Part shown: one piece after another, positions 43,370 through 54,472 of the stretch
How positions within the stretch are numbered: the stretch's first letter is position 1
How the letters are laid out: each line of letters opens with the position of its first letter
From: Alphaproteobacteria bacterium
GTDB lineage: Bacteria; Pseudomonadota; Alphaproteobacteria; Rickettsiales; SXRF01
Length of the DNA stretch: 64,000 bases
NCBI GenBank assembly: GCA_033763575.1
Contig: JANRKF010000026.1
Coordinates: 3,076-67,075 of the forward strand
Reading direction: 5' to 3'
The notes under the pieces: generated by a model
What the model saw: only the letters and a program-made list of their open reading frames with translations
Database searches by the model: none
What the model was told of the DNA's origin: nothing
Position numbers and translations under genes: made by a program

Positions 43370-43693
43370 TTATTCCTTCATTTTACGGCGGGCCTTTTCA
43401 TCAAGTCCCGAGGTTCCTTCGCGCTTTGAAAGCTCTTCCATCACGTCTGCCATGCTCACGCCCGCATCGGCAAGCAGCAGCAGCCAGTGGAAAATCATAT
43501 CGGCGCTCTCACTCACGATTTCTTTTTTATCGCGCTTCATCGCCGCGATGATCGTTTCCACCGCTTCCTCGCCGAATTTCTGGGCGATTTTTTCCGTGCC
43601 CTGTTTCAGCCGCTTGGCGATGTAAGAGCTGTCGGGGTCGGCGCTTTTACGCTGTTCTATAATCGCTTCGAGTTTGGTTAATATGTCGCTCAT
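43370..43693 (-). CDS. hisE: phosphoribosyl-ATP pyrophosphatase
   Basis: [22 protein letters not shown]. Confidence 0.95.
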   Translation of the reverse strand: MSDILTKLEAIIEQRKSADPDSSYIAKRLKQGTEKIAQKFGEEAVETIIAAMKRDKKEIVSESADMIFHWLLLLADAGVSMADVMEELSKREGTSGLDEKARRKMKE

Positions 43694-44553
43694 GAATGCA
43701 GTCTTACTGGAATGCCTTCCCTTTGCATAGCCTCTTTTGCCTGGGCAACGCTAAACGTGCCGAAATGGAAAACAGACGCGGCGAGCACCGCATCCGCCTT
43801 GCCTTCGATCACCGCATCGACAAAGTGCGATAGCTCGCCGATGCCGCCGGAGGCAATGACGGGAATGGAAACCGCTTCCGAAACGGCGCGGGTCAGCTCC
43901 ACATCCACGCCGATCTTGGTGCCGTCGCGATCCATCGAGGTGAGGAGTATTTCCCCGGCGCCATACGCCGCCATTTTTTTCGCCCACTCCACCGCATCGA
44001 TACCGGTGGCGTTTCTGCCGCCATGGGTGAATATTTCAAACCTTTGGTCGCTCCCGGTACGCGCCTGCTGCGCGTCCCATGAAGCGCGCTCAAGGCTGGC
44101 TCGCGCTGCTGCGCTCCCATCACTCGCAACTTGCAACAGGGAACTTGGAACTCTCTTCGCATCCATGGCGACCACGATGCATTGATTGCCGAATTTCTCC
44201 GCCGCCTCACGCACGAATTCCGGGCGCTTCACCGCCTCGGTATTGATGGAAACTTTGTCGGCCCCGGCAAGCAGCAGCTTGCGTATATCGTCCAGCGTGC
44301 GCACGCCACCGCCCACGGTAAGCGGCATAAAACACGCCTCCGCCACCTTCGAAATCATATCATATAAAATGCCGCGATTATCCGAGCTCGCGGTAATATC
44401 GAGGAAGCATAATTCATCCGCCCCGCCGGCATCATAGAGTTTTGCCTGCTCAACCGGGTCACCCGCATCAACCAGCTCGACAAAGTTGATGCCTTTGACC
44501 ACGCGGCCATCTTTGACATCCAGACAGGGAATGATACGGGTTTTCAGGGTCAT
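43690..44553 (-). CDS. hisF: imidazole glycerol phosphate synthase cyclase subunit
   Basis: [36 protein letters not shown]; extra segment of about 30 aa. Confidence 0.96.
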   Translation of the reverse strand: MTLKTRIIPCLDVKDGRVVKGINFVELVDAGDPVEQAKLYDAGGADELCFLDITASSDNRGILYDMISKVAEACFMPLTVGGGVRTLDDIRKLLLAGADKVSINTEAVKRPEFVREAAEKFGNQCIVVAMDAKRVPSSLLQVASDGSAAARASLERASWDAQQARTGSDQRFEIFTHGGRNATGIDAVEWAKKMAAYGAGEILLTSMDRDGTKIGVDVELTRAVSEAVSIPVIASGGIGELSHFVDAVIEGKADAVLAASVFHFGTFSVAQAKEAMQREGIPVRLHS

Positions 44554-44603
44554 TGCGCCGCGAGAGTAACAAAGGAATCGTCACTCTGCAAACGGCAAAC
44601 GCC

Positions 44604-45488
44604 CTACGCTGCTTTCTTTTTGAGCAGTTCGGCCATGGTGCGGCCCAGCGCCGCCGGTGAATCCGACACCATAATGCCCGCCGATTTCATCGCCTCGATC
44701 TTATCATCCGCACCGCCCTTGCCGCCGGACACAATCGCCCCGGCATGGCCCATGCGGCGGCCCGGAGGCGCCGTGCGCCCGGCGATAAAGCCGACCACCG
44801 GTTTTTTGATTTTGCTGTCTTTCAGGAATTGCGCCGCCTGCTCTTCCGCATCGCCGCCGATTTCGCCGATCATCACGATGGCCTGGGTGGCGTCGTCACG
44901 CAGGAATAAATCGAGCACATCGATGAAGTTGGTGCCGTTTACCGGGTCGCCGCCGATGCCGACGCAGGTCGACTGCCCGAAACCTTCAGCGGAAGTTTGC
45001 GCAACGGCTTCATAGGTGAGCGTGCCGGAACGCGAGACAATACCGATCGTTCCTTTTTTATGGATATGGCCGGGCATGATGCCGATCTTGCATTCTTCCG
45101 GGGTGATGACGCCGGGGCAGTTCGGTCCGACCAAACGTGTTTTACTTCCGGAAAGGGCGCGTTTTACCTTCACCATATCCAGCACCGGAATACCTTCGGT
45201 GATGCAGATGACCAACTCAAGTTCCGCGTCGATCGCCTCTAAAATCGCATCGGCGGCGAATTTCGGCGGCACGTAAATGACCGAGGCATTGGCCTGGGTT
45301 TTGGCTTTGGCTTCTTCCACCGTGTCGAACACCGGCAGGTTAATATGGGTAGTGCCGCCCTTGCCGGGAGTGACGCCACCGACCATCTTGGTGCCATACG
45401 CCACCGCCTGTTCGGAGTGATAGGTGCCTTCGCGGCCAGTGAAACCCTGACAGATGACTTTGGTGTTTTTATTAATTAAAATGGACAT
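44604..45488 (-). CDS. sucD: succinyl-CoA ligase alpha
   Basis: [29 protein letters not shown]. Confidence 0.98.
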   Translation of the reverse strand: MSILINKNTKVICQGFTGREGTYHSEQAVAYGTKMVGGVTPGKGGTTHINLPVFDTVEEAKAKTQANASVIYVPPKFAADAILEAIDAELELVICITEGIPVLDMVKVKRALSGSKTRLVGPNCPGVITPEECKIGIMPGHIHKKGTIGIVSRSGTLTYEAVAQTSAEGFGQSTCVGIGGDPVNGTNFIDVLDLFLRDDATQAIVMIGEIGGDAEEQAAQFLKDSKIKKPVVGFIAGRTAPPGRRMGHAGAIVSGGKGGADDKIEAMKSAGIMVSDSPAALGRTMAELLKKKAA

Positions 45489-45505
45489 TTTATTCTCCTT
45501 ACAAG

Positions 45506-45565
45506 CCCCGCACTTGTTGCGGGGTCTGGTTCTAATGATATACCGGACCCCGCCATTCGGCGGGG
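45506..45565. repeat. REP-doublet-like element copy 8 (sucC-sucD)
   Basis: CCCCGCACTTGTTGCGGGG tctgg ... accgga CCCCGCCATTCGGCGGGG. Confidence 0.9.
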
Positions 45566-45569
45566 CTGG

Positions 45570-46772
45570 CTACGCCGCCTTCTTTTTCACTGCGCCGACA
45601 ATTTTTTCTGCGGCATCGGCAAGGTTATCCGCCGGGGTGATGGCAAGGCCGGAAGAAGCGAGCATCTTCTTGCCCAGCTCCACATTGGTGCCTTCCAGCC
45701 GCACCACCAGCGGGATGTTGAGATTAACTTCCTTGGCCGCCGAGATAATGCCTTCGGCGATAATATCGCAACGCATGATGCCGCCGAAAATATTGACGAG
45801 GATACCTTTCACATTCGGATCGGATAAAATCAATTTGAACGCTTCGCCGACTTTTTCCTTGGTGGCGCCGCCGCCGACATCGAGGAAGTTGGCGGGTGCC
45901 GAGCCGTAAAGCTGGATGATGTCCATCGTCGCCATGGCAAGGCCGGCGCCGTTCACCATGCAGCCGATATTGCCGTCCATTTTCACATAGCTAAGACCGA
46001 ATTTCGCGGCTTTCTGCTCCAGCGGGTCTTCCTCATCCGGATCGCGCAGCGTGATGATATCGGGATGGCGGAAGAGCGCATTTTCATCGAAATTGAATTT
46101 CGCATCGAGCGCCACCAGCTCGCCGCCATCGGTGATGACGAGCGGATTGATTTCCACCTGCGATGCATCGGTATCCACAAAACAGGCATAAATCGCATTG
46201 ATGAATTGCTCGAATTTTCCGTGCAGTTCTTTCGGGATTTTGAGGCCAAACGCCAGCTTACGGGCATGGTGCGGCCAGATGCCCGCCGCCGGATCAATCG
46301 AAAGCTTAATCAGTTTCTCCGGATGTTTTTCCGCCACTTCCTCGATATCCATCCCGCCTTCGGTGGAGGCGATGAAGGTGATGCGCGAAGTCGCACGGTC
46401 CACCACGAGGGAGAGATAAAGTTCTTTCTTGATGCCCGTGCCTTCTTCGACATAGACGCGGCGCACCAGGCGGCCTTCCGGGCCGGTTTGATGCGTGACC
46501 AGCGTATTACCGAGCATCGCCTTAGAAAAGCCTTCCACTTCCTCCAGCGTTTTAGACAGCTTCACGCCACCAATACCGCCGCTGGCCGCTTCCGCAAACT
46601 TTCCTTTGCCGCGCCCGCCGGCATGAATCTGCGCCTTGACCACCCACAGCTTACCGCCAAGATTCTGCGCGCCCGCCACCGCCTCTTTCGGCGTATAGGC
46701 CACATGACCTTTCGGGATCGGCACATTATATTTCGCCAGCACCTGTTTGGCCTGGTATTCATGGATGTTCAT
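45570..46772 (-). CDS. sucC: succinyl-CoA ligase beta
   Basis: [36 protein letters not shown]. Confidence 0.98.
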   Translation of the reverse strand: MNIHEYQAKQVLAKYNVPIPKGHVAYTPKEAVAGAQNLGGKLWVVKAQIHAGGRGKGKFAEAASGGIGGVKLSKTLEEVEGFSKAMLGNTLVTHQTGPEGRLVRRVYVEEGTGIKKELYLSLVVDRATSRITFIASTEGGMDIEEVAEKHPEKLIKLSIDPAAGIWPHHARKLAFGLKIPKELHGKFEQFINAIYACFVDTDASQVEINPLVITDGGELVALDAKFNFDENALFRHPDIITLRDPDEEDPLEQKAAKFGLSYVKMDGNIGCMVNGAGLAMATMDIIQLYGSAPANFLDVGGGATKEKVGEAFKLILSDPNVKGILVNIFGGIMRCDIIAEGIISAAKEVNLNIPLVVRLEGTNVELGKKMLASSGLAITPADNLADAAEKIVGAVKKKAA

Positions 46773-46839
46773 TTTCTTATACTCCTTCTAATCGCGACTG
46801 CGAGTAGGGTTGGTGTGGCGGCTACGAGCAGTCGCGCAC

Positions 46840-47802
<963 letters not shown>

Positions 47803-47883
47803 TCATGTTAAAGAAGCACCGAGCATAGAGCGTTGGATTTAAGAGAAGGTTAATAACGCAAGTTATATTCCGGGACAACCCGC

Positions 47884-49608
47884 CTAATCCCGGCGAAGAT
47901 ACACATCCAGCCAGCTTCCCATTGGGCTCTCCACCGGGAACAGGGCCGGGCGCGACTGGCCGTCAACCATCAAGGTTGCATGATATACTTTTCGTTCTTC
48001 CATGAATTTTTCATCTTTAGAAGTGATGATGGAGCCTATTTTCCGGTAATGCGTCCATAGCGCGGCAAACTCAGCATTATCCGCGAGCATGATATCAAGC
48101 GCCACCGGCAGGCAATGCTCCCCAAGCTCCCTGAAAGCATGGCGTGTGCTGACAAATACCAGCCGTGGCGGCGTCTTTTCAAAAAAACGCAGGACGGAAT
48201 CATAATAATACGCCTCGGCTTTTTGCCATTCATCATATTCGCCGCGACTCAGAAACAGGGCTTTACGATCGGCCATATCGACCAGCGGACGAACGGTATG
48301 GAATACCGGGTAGGGCTGCTTCTCACGCGAGAGCAAAGGAATGAGCGTATGCTCCACGCTTTCCGACATAATATAAATCGGCTCATGCGGGGCATAGCGC
48401 TGGGTATACTCCAGCACCGCCTCGCTCACCACATCGCGTGCCGGCACATGCGGCGAGAGCATATAAATGAAATCGTTAACCCGGAAAATAGTCACGCTGG
48501 CCAGCACACAGGCCACACCTGCAACACCCTTCCCCACCCATCCGATACTATGCCGGACCGGAAGCGGCGCATATAAAAAAAGCAGAAGTGAATAGAGCAG
48601 CAGGACGGCGATGAAAAAAACCAGCAGCGATTTCTGGTCATAGGAGAGTAAAAGCTCGGAATATAAAACCATGCATTGCGCGACCATGGCGGCCATGAAA
48701 ACGCCGGTCGACAGGCGCGGTTCCGATACACGCCGCACCGCCAGCTGCCACAGCAAGAGCGGCAACAAATAAAGCAGGGTGGTTATAAAATTATCCACCC
48801 AGCCGACCCAGCCGATCATCGCCGCCGAATAATAAATAACAAAATAGAAAAGCCCTTCTAAATAACCTGAGAAGAAGAAGGGCAGGATGAGCGCATCGCC
48901 GATCACCACCACCAATGCCGCAAGATAGTTGGATAGGCGAAACCATATTTTCCATGACCGCATCCGCCAGGCAAGATAAAACTCCGTCACCAGGAAAAAT
49001 AAGGCGTAGTGCGGCTTAAGAAGGATCACCAGCCCCTGAAAAACACCTGTTACATAGTTCATTGTCGGAGGAAGGTTTGTTTTCTCAATACGCAGATGCA
49101 GGGAAAAAATATACGGCAATACCAGGCAAATGAAGGGCAGGCTTTTGGTCGTCCATTCGAAGAAGCAAAAGCTGAAGGCGCAGAATATCGCGATGATGAT
49201 TGCGTTATAACGCAGCGGCGTCGACCATTCCTTGCTCCCGCGAATAAGTAGATGCACGAGGCCCACACTGAGCAGACAGAGCAGGCCGATGAACAGTTTT
49301 GCGCTCACGACATCAGGCGCGCCCAGCCATCTTCCCATCATCAGCGGCAGCGCGTAAAGCCCCACCGCAAACGGCGTGTTATATTCGAAGAAATCGGTGA
49401 AATAATGCTCGCCGTCCAGCATCCGCCCGGCCAGGAAAATATAGACATTCCCATCACCCGGCAACGAATAGAAAAAGGTAGCCGCAAATCTGATCGAAAA
49501 AAAGAACAGCCCGACCGACCAGCCGAAGGCCCGCGTCGTCTCCATGCACGCGCACAATCCATCAACCCGGCGTATCAGCTTTTGCCTGAAAACAAACAAT
49601 CTCTCCAT
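47884..49608 (-). CDS. polytopic membrane protein, possible GT-C-fold glycosyltransferase
   Basis: Many hydrophobic segments, loop DGNVYIFLAGRMLDGEHYFTDFFEYNTP after first TM, LLKPHY, soluble C-terminus. Confidence 0.6.
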   Translation of the reverse strand: MERLFVFRQKLIRRVDGLCACMETTRAFGWSVGLFFFSIRFAATFFYSLPGDGNVYIFLAGRMLDGEHYFTDFFEYNTPFAVGLYALPLMMGRWLGAPDVVSAKLFIGLLCLLSVGLVHLLIRGSKEWSTPLRYNAIIIAIFCAFSFCFFEWTTKSLPFICLVLPYIFSLHLRIEKTNLPPTMNYVTGVFQGLVILLKPHYALFFLVTEFYLAWRMRSWKIWFRLSNYLAALVVVIGDALILPFFFSGYLEGLFYFVIYYSAAMIGWVGWVDNFITTLLYLLPLLLWQLAVRRVSEPRLSTGVFMAAMVAQCMVLYSELLLSYDQKSLLVFFIAVLLLYSLLLFLYAPLPVRHSIGWVGKGVAGVACVLASVTIFRVNDFIYMLSPHVPARDVVSEAVLEYTQRYAPHEPIYIMSESVEHTLIPLLSREKQPYPVFHTVRPLVDMADRKALFLSRGEYDEWQKAEAYYYDSVLRFFEKTPPRLVFVSTRHAFRELGEHCLPVALDIMLADNAEFAALWTHYRKIGSIITSKDEKFMEERKVYHATLMVDGQSRPALFPVESPMGSWLDVYLRRD

Positions 49609-49691
49609 GCCACCGGCATAACGGAAAAAGCGCCGGCTGTCACTATGAGCGTGAATGGAAAAATGAAGCCGTCATGGACGGTGATTTACCC

Positions 49692-50459
49692 TTATTTCAC
49701 CCCGACCGTAATCGGACCTTCGGCGCGGCCATGGATGAACTGGTCGACGAATTCGTTGCCGCTGCGTTCGATCTCGCGCACTTCGCCCTGCCAGATAATT
49801 TTACCCTGATAAATCATTGCGACGCGGTGGGCGATGCGGCGGACCGAGGCCATGTCGTGGGTGATGGTGAGCGTAGTAGCGCCCAGCTCCTTCGAGCATT
49901 TGACGATGAGCTGGTTGATGACATCGGCCATGATGGGGTCGAGGCCGGTCGTCGGCTCATCGAACAGGATAATTTCCGGACTTACGGCAATGGCACGGGC
50001 CAGCGCCACCCGTTTCTGCATGCCGCCGGAAAGCTCGGAAGGGGAGAGACCCGCCACATCGGCGGAAAGCCCTACCTGCTGCAGCTTGGCGACCGCAAGC
50101 TCCTTGGCTTCGGCACGGTTCATCTGGTGATTTTGCAAAAGCGCGAAGGAAATATTTTCCCATACCGGCAGCGAATCGAACAGCGCGCCGCCCTGAAACA
50201 ACATGCCGAATTTACGCATGATCTCCTGACGCTCGCTCCGCGAAAGCCTGGTGACTTCCTTGCCGTCGATTTTGATCGATCCCTTATCCGGTGTGATAAG
50301 GCCGAGAATGCACTTGATAAGCACCGATTTGCCCGAACCGGAGCCGCCAATGACTACCAGCGACTCCCCCACGTTCACGGTGAGGTCAATGCCGTCCAGC
50401 ACTTTTTTCGCGCCGAAGGATTTATATAAGCCGGAAACTTCTATTTTTGGAGAGGTCAT
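49692..50459 (-). CDS. mlaF: MlaF-like ABC ATPase
   Basis: GGSGSGKS, LFQGGALFDSL, SGGMQKRV, DEPTTGLDP. Confidence 0.9.
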   Translation of the reverse strand: MTSPKIEVSGLYKSFGAKKVLDGIDLTVNVGESLVVIGGSGSGKSVLIKCILGLITPDKGSIKIDGKEVTRLSRSERQEIMRKFGMLFQGGALFDSLPVWENISFALLQNHQMNRAEAKELAVAKLQQVGLSADVAGLSPSELSGGMQKRVALARAIAVSPEIILFDEPTTGLDPIMADVINQLIVKCSKELGATTLTITHDMASVRRIAHRVAMIYQGKIIWQGEVREIERSGNEFVDQFIHGRAEGPITVGVK

Positions 50460-50465
50460 GGGCGA

Positions 50466-50993
50466 TTACCGCTTTGCTTTTGCTTTGGCGTCATCACGAA
50501 GAAAACCAATTTTACGCGATTGATAAGGCTTGGCTTCCGGCGCAGAAGCAAGCTCTTTGAGCAGATCAAACAAATAACCGATTTGTTTTTCATGCTCGGA
50601 GAGTTTTTTCATGACGGCTGACTGGTTGCCAGTAAGTTCGCGCAATTTCAAAAATGCTTCGATGACGGTGATGCTTACTTTGATGGCGGTTTTCGAGTTG
50701 AGCACGTTCGCTGCTTGCAGCGTTCCATGCTCGGTGAAGGCGTAGGGCGGGACCCTTGTTTTGGTGTAATTTGTGGTCGCAAATTGCGACCGCAAAAATT
50801 CAAGCTCTTGATTTGTAAGCTGAAACATGAAGTTTTTAGGGAAGCGATCAAGATTACGTTTCACCTGCTCATTCAGACGCTTGGTGGGAACGCCGTAAAG
50901 TTCGGCGAGGTCTGAATCCAGCAGCACTTTCTGGCCGCGAATCAACAGGATTTTTCGTTCAACGCGTTGCAATGGGATGAGCGTACTGGTCAT
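50466..50993 (-). CDS. ORF6N domain DNA-binding protein
   Basis: IRGQKVLLDSDLAELYGV.TKRLNEQVKRN..RFP..FMFQL, PYAFTEHG, RKIGF. Confidence 0.9.
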   Translation of the reverse strand: MTSTLIPLQRVERKILLIRGQKVLLDSDLAELYGVPTKRLNEQVKRNLDRFPKNFMFQLTNQELEFLRSQFATTNYTKTRVPPYAFTEHGTLQAANVLNSKTAIKVSITVIEAFLKLRELTGNQSAVMKKLSEHEKQIGYLFDLLKELASAPEAKPYQSRKIGFLRDDAKAKAKR

Positions 50994-51763
50994 TTGGAAA
51001 AGAACACGGCGGTGAGGAAATAGTTGGAAAGAAGGATGAGGATCGAGGCGGAGACCACGGCATGGGTGGTGGCGGCACCCACGCCTTGCGCACCGCCTTT
51101 GGAATGGAAACCGTGATAGCAGCCCATGAGCGAGATGATGAAACCGAACGCCGAGGCCTTCACCAATCCGGAGACGACGTCCTTGGTTTCTAAAAATTCC
51201 ACGGTGCTTTTCAAATACGGCCCGGGCGCAAATCCCAGCTCCTGGATGGAGACGAGATAGCCGCCGAACACGCCGATAACGTCGCCGACGGCAACCAGCA
51301 CCGGCAGCATGGCAAGCCCGGCGAGCAGGCGCGGCAGCACCAGATATTTATGCGGGTCGGTGGATAAGGTGGTGAGCGCATCGATCTGTTCGGTCACGCG
51401 CATGGTGCCGATCTCGGCCGCGTAGGCAGCACCGATGCGGCCAGCGACCATCAACCCGGCCATGACCGGGCCCAGCTCGCGGGTGATGGCGAGCACCACC
51501 ACGATGGCAATCGAGCTTTCGGCATTAAAGCGCGAAAAGCCGGAATAGGTTTGGAGCGCCAGCGCCGCGCCGGTGAACATCGCCGTCATGCCGACCACCG
51601 GTAGCGAATAATAGCCCAGCTCGATCAGCTGTTTACGCAGTTGCTTGATGTAAAAAGGCGGGCGGAAAAGACCGCTCATCGCCGCCCAGACAAAAAGGGT
51701 GAGCCGCCCCGTCGCCTCAAGGAATCCAATAAAAAAACGACCAGTCAGGGCAAGGAAGTTCAT
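50990..51763 (-). CDS. mlaE: MlaE-like ABC permease
   Basis: RELGPV, AEIGTMRVTEQIDAL, GAQGVGAATT. Confidence 0.93.
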   Translation of the reverse strand: MNFLALTGRFFIGFLEATGRLTLFVWAAMSGLFRPPFYIKQLRKQLIELGYYSLPVVGMTAMFTGAALALQTYSGFSRFNAESSIAIVVVLAITRELGPVMAGLMVAGRIGAAYAAEIGTMRVTEQIDALTTLSTDPHKYLVLPRLLAGLAMLPVLVAVGDVIGVFGGYLVSIQELGFAPGPYLKSTVEFLETKDVVSGLVKASAFGFIISLMGCYHGFHSKGGAQGVGAATTHAVVSASILILLSNYFLTAVFFSK

Positions 51764-51774
51764 GATATAATCAC

Positions 51775-51865
51775 GGGCTATGAGTCATGTGTCATGCGTT
51801 TCTAACAAATCATGCGAAACTGCGCAACCAACAACTCATGACCCGCAACCCATGACTCATGACTC
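51775..51865. repeat. inverted heptamer pair (GTCATGA / CATGACT) at alr-mlaE junction
   Basis: gggctat gagtcat gtgtcat gcgtt ... actcatg acccgca acccatg actcatg actc. Confidence 0.8.
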
Positions 51866-52921
51866 GGTATAAATCCGCCTCACCCGCCGACCAATGCGCG
51901 TGAAAACTTCATAGCCGATGGTGCCGCACTGTTCGGCGATGTCGTCGACCGTTTGCCCGACATTGATGAATTCGGCGCGGCTATTTTCAGTAATGGCGGA
52001 GGCTGGAACCTGCGAGACATCGAGCGCGATCATATCCATCGAGATGCGGCCAACGATCGGCACTTTATGCCCGGCGATAAACGCAACGCCGCGATTGCTT
52101 AAGCTTCGGAAATAGCCGTCGGAATAGCCAAGCCCGACGATGGCGATGCGCGCATTTTTCCCGGCCTCGAAGGTGGCGCCGTATCCCACCGATTCATCGC
52201 GGTCGAGCTCGCGAATCTGCAGGATGGGGGCGGATAAGGTGGCGACATGCCGCATCGGGTTTTCGCCGGCGACGGGGTTGATTCCGTAAAGCGCGCAGCC
52301 CGGCCTTCCGAGGTCGAAATGATACTCATCCGGCAGGAAAAGACCCGATGAATTGGCGAAAGAAACCGGCGCATTGGGGAAATATTTTTGTGCTTCTTTC
52401 AGCCGCAAAAGCTGCTCGGCATTTTTGGGATGCGCCGGGTCATTGGCGCAGGAGAGGTGGGAGAGGAGAAGCAGGGGTTGGGGATTAGGGATTGGGGATT
52501 GGGAAAGAAATTTTCCGATGTCGGTTTCGCTCAATCCAAGGCGCGTCATGCCTGTATCTACGTGAACAAAATATTTTCTGACACCTGCCACCTGACACCT
52601 GTCGCCTTGTTCCAGATCATTTGCCACCGGAATAATATTATGCGCCTTGAATTCGGTTTCTTCCCCCTTAAAAATGCCGTTGAACACGGCGATGTCGGCT
52701 TTAGGGAGCGTGCCGCGCAGCTCCATCGCCTCATCGAGCGTGGCGACGAAAAATAATGTGCAGCCTTCGGCGGCCAGCGCCTTGCTTACTTCAGCAACGC
52801 CGAGGCCGTAGGCATTCGCCTTCACCACGGAAGCGATGCTTTTTTTAGCGTGGCGGTTTTTGAGGAGCTGGTAGTTGGCGCGAAGTGCGGACAAATTTAC
52901 CGAGAGGGTGGCGCTAGCCAT
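51857..52921 (-). CDS. alr: alanine racemase
   Basis: VVKANAYG, VDTGMTRLG, RPGCALYG, GRISMD, GTIGYE. Confidence 0.96.
   Translation of the reverse strand: MASATLSVNLSALRANYQLLKNRHAKKSIASVVKANAYGLGVAEVSKALAAEGCTLFFVATLDEAMELRGTLPKADIAVFNGIFKGEETEFKAHNIIPVANDLEQGDRCQVAGVRKYFVHVDTGMTRLGLSETDIGKFLSQSPIPNPQPLLLLSHLSCANDPAHPKNAEQLLRLKEAQKYFPNAPVSFANSSGLFLPDEYHFDLGRPGCALYGINPVAGENPMRHVATLSAPILQIRELDRDESVGYGATFEAGKNARIAIVGLGYSDGYFRSLSNRGVAFIAGHKVPIVGRISMDMIALDVSQVPASAITENSRAEFINVGQTVDDIAEQCGTIGYEVFTRIGRRVRRIYTES
52474..52504. repeat. (GGGGATT)n heptamer tract in alr
   Basis: encodes SQSPIPNPQP. Confidence 0.87.
52578..52606. repeat. (CTGACAC)n heptamer tract in alr
   Basis: ctgacac ctgccac ctgacac ctgtcgc encodes GDRCQVAGVR. 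Confidence 0.83.
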
Positions 52922-54404
52922 GCTGCGTTTCCAGGTTATCGAACTGGGTCAGGTTGGCGTTGAAGCGCAGCTTGACGTTGCCGATCGGGCCATTCCTGTG
53001 CTTGGCGATGATGACTTCGGCGACGTTCATGGCGCGGTCCATATCGGCCTGCCATTTGGCGTATTGGTCGGCCTTGTCCATCGGCGGCTCTTCGCGTGAG
53101 AGGTAATATTCCTCGCGGTAAATAAACATCACCACGTCGGCATCCTGCTCGATCGAGCCGGATTCGCGCAAATCCGAAAGCTGCGGGCGTTTGTCGGGAC
53201 GCTGCTCGACCGCACGCGACAACTGCGAAAGCGCGATGACCGGAATATCCAGCTCCTTGGCGATGGCCTTCAGGCCCTGGGTGATTTCGGAAACCTCTTG
53301 CACGCGGCCATCATTGGCCTTGGTGTTGCTGCCGCGCAGGAGCTGTAAATAATCCACCACCAGCATTTTGAGGTTATGCATGCGTTTCAAGCGGCGGGCG
53401 CGGGTGCGAAGCCCGGCAATGGAAAGCGCCGGTGTATCGTCGATGAAAAAAGGCATGGCGGCCATTTCGTTGCTGGTGCGTACCAGATGTGCGAAGTCGT
53501 CGCTGGAAATGGTGCCTTTGAAAATGCTCGATGAGTTGAGCTTGCTGGCGCTGGATAAGAGACGGGTCGAGAGCTGTTCGGCCGACATTTCGAGCGAGAA
53601 AAACCCGACGCTGCCTGCGTCTTTTCCGTCCAGCCCCTTTTCCCTGGCAATCTGTTGCAGGGATTTGCAGGCGCTGTAGGCGATGTTGGTGGCGAGCGCG
53701 GTTTTGCCCATCGACGGGCGTCCGGCAAGAATGAGCAGATCGGATTTTTGCAGGCCGCCCAGCATTTTATCGAGATCGAGGAGGCCGGTGGATACGCCCA
53801 CGACCCCGTCATGCTTGAAGGCGAACTCGGCTTGTTTGATGGCGTTGATAAGCGAATGTTTGATGGCGCGGAAACCCCGGTCGCCGCTGCCTTCCACCGA
53901 TAAGTTAAATAGCTTCTGTTCGGCGGATTCGATCTGTACATTCGCCGGGATGTCGATCTGGTGTTCGTAAGCGACATTCACCACTTCCTCGCCAATGGCC
54001 ACCAGCTGGCGTTTGAGCGCGAGGTCGTAAATCATCTGCGAATAGTCGCTGATATTGATGACCATCACCGCGAGGCCCGCAAGCTTGGTAAGATACGCGC
54101 CGCCGCCGATATCGGAGAGCGCCTCATCCTGGTCGAAGAAATGCTTGAGCGTGACCGGGTTGGCGATCAGCCCTTTATTATTGAATTTCTGGATGGCCTC
54201 GAAAATACGCCCGTGCAGCGGCTCGTAAAAATGCTCGGGCCGGAGCTGGTCGCCCAGATGCTGCATCGCCTCGTTATTGACCAATAGCGCGCCCAAGAGC
54301 GCTTGCTCGGCGTCGATATTGGACGGCGCTTCGCGAAAAGACAGCGATTCGCTATCGGCAGAAAGGAGTGTCTCGGCAGTGGCGGAGAGGAGGACGGAAG
54401 ACAT
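52914..54404 (-). CDS. dnaB: replicative DNA helicase
   Basis: AGRPSMGKT, SLEMS, DYLQL, SQLSRAVEQR, LRESGSIEQDAD. Confidence 0.98.
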   Translation of the reverse strand: MSSVLLSATAETLLSADSESLSFREAPSNIDAEQALLGALLVNNEAMQHLGDQLRPEHFYEPLHGRIFEAIQKFNNKGLIANPVTLKHFFDQDEALSDIGGGAYLTKLAGLAVMVINISDYSQMIYDLALKRQLVAIGEEVVNVAYEHQIDIPANVQIESAEQKLFNLSVEGSGDRGFRAIKHSLINAIKQAEFAFKHDGVVGVSTGLLDLDKMLGGLQKSDLLILAGRPSMGKTALATNIAYSACKSLQQIAREKGLDGKDAGSVGFFSLEMSAEQLSTRLLSSASKLNSSSIFKGTISSDDFAHLVRTSNEMAAMPFFIDDTPALSIAGLRTRARRLKRMHNLKMLVVDYLQLLRGSNTKANDGRVQEVSEITQGLKAIAKELDIPVIALSQLSRAVEQRPDKRPQLSDLRESGSIEQDADVVMFIYREEYYLSREEPPMDKADQYAKWQADMDRAMNVAEVIIAKHRNGPIGNVKLRFNANLTQFDNLETQHG

Positions 54405-54472
54405 GAGCGTTCATTCGACAAATGGAGATTTGAAGGTAATCCTAGCCCCATGCCGTCCGTCATGCAAGTGGC

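Noticed and set aside
46790-46838. cgcgactgc/gcagtcgcg stem between mdh and sucC
   Set aside because: One occurrence with a 9-bp stem; insufficient support for an element or ncRNA
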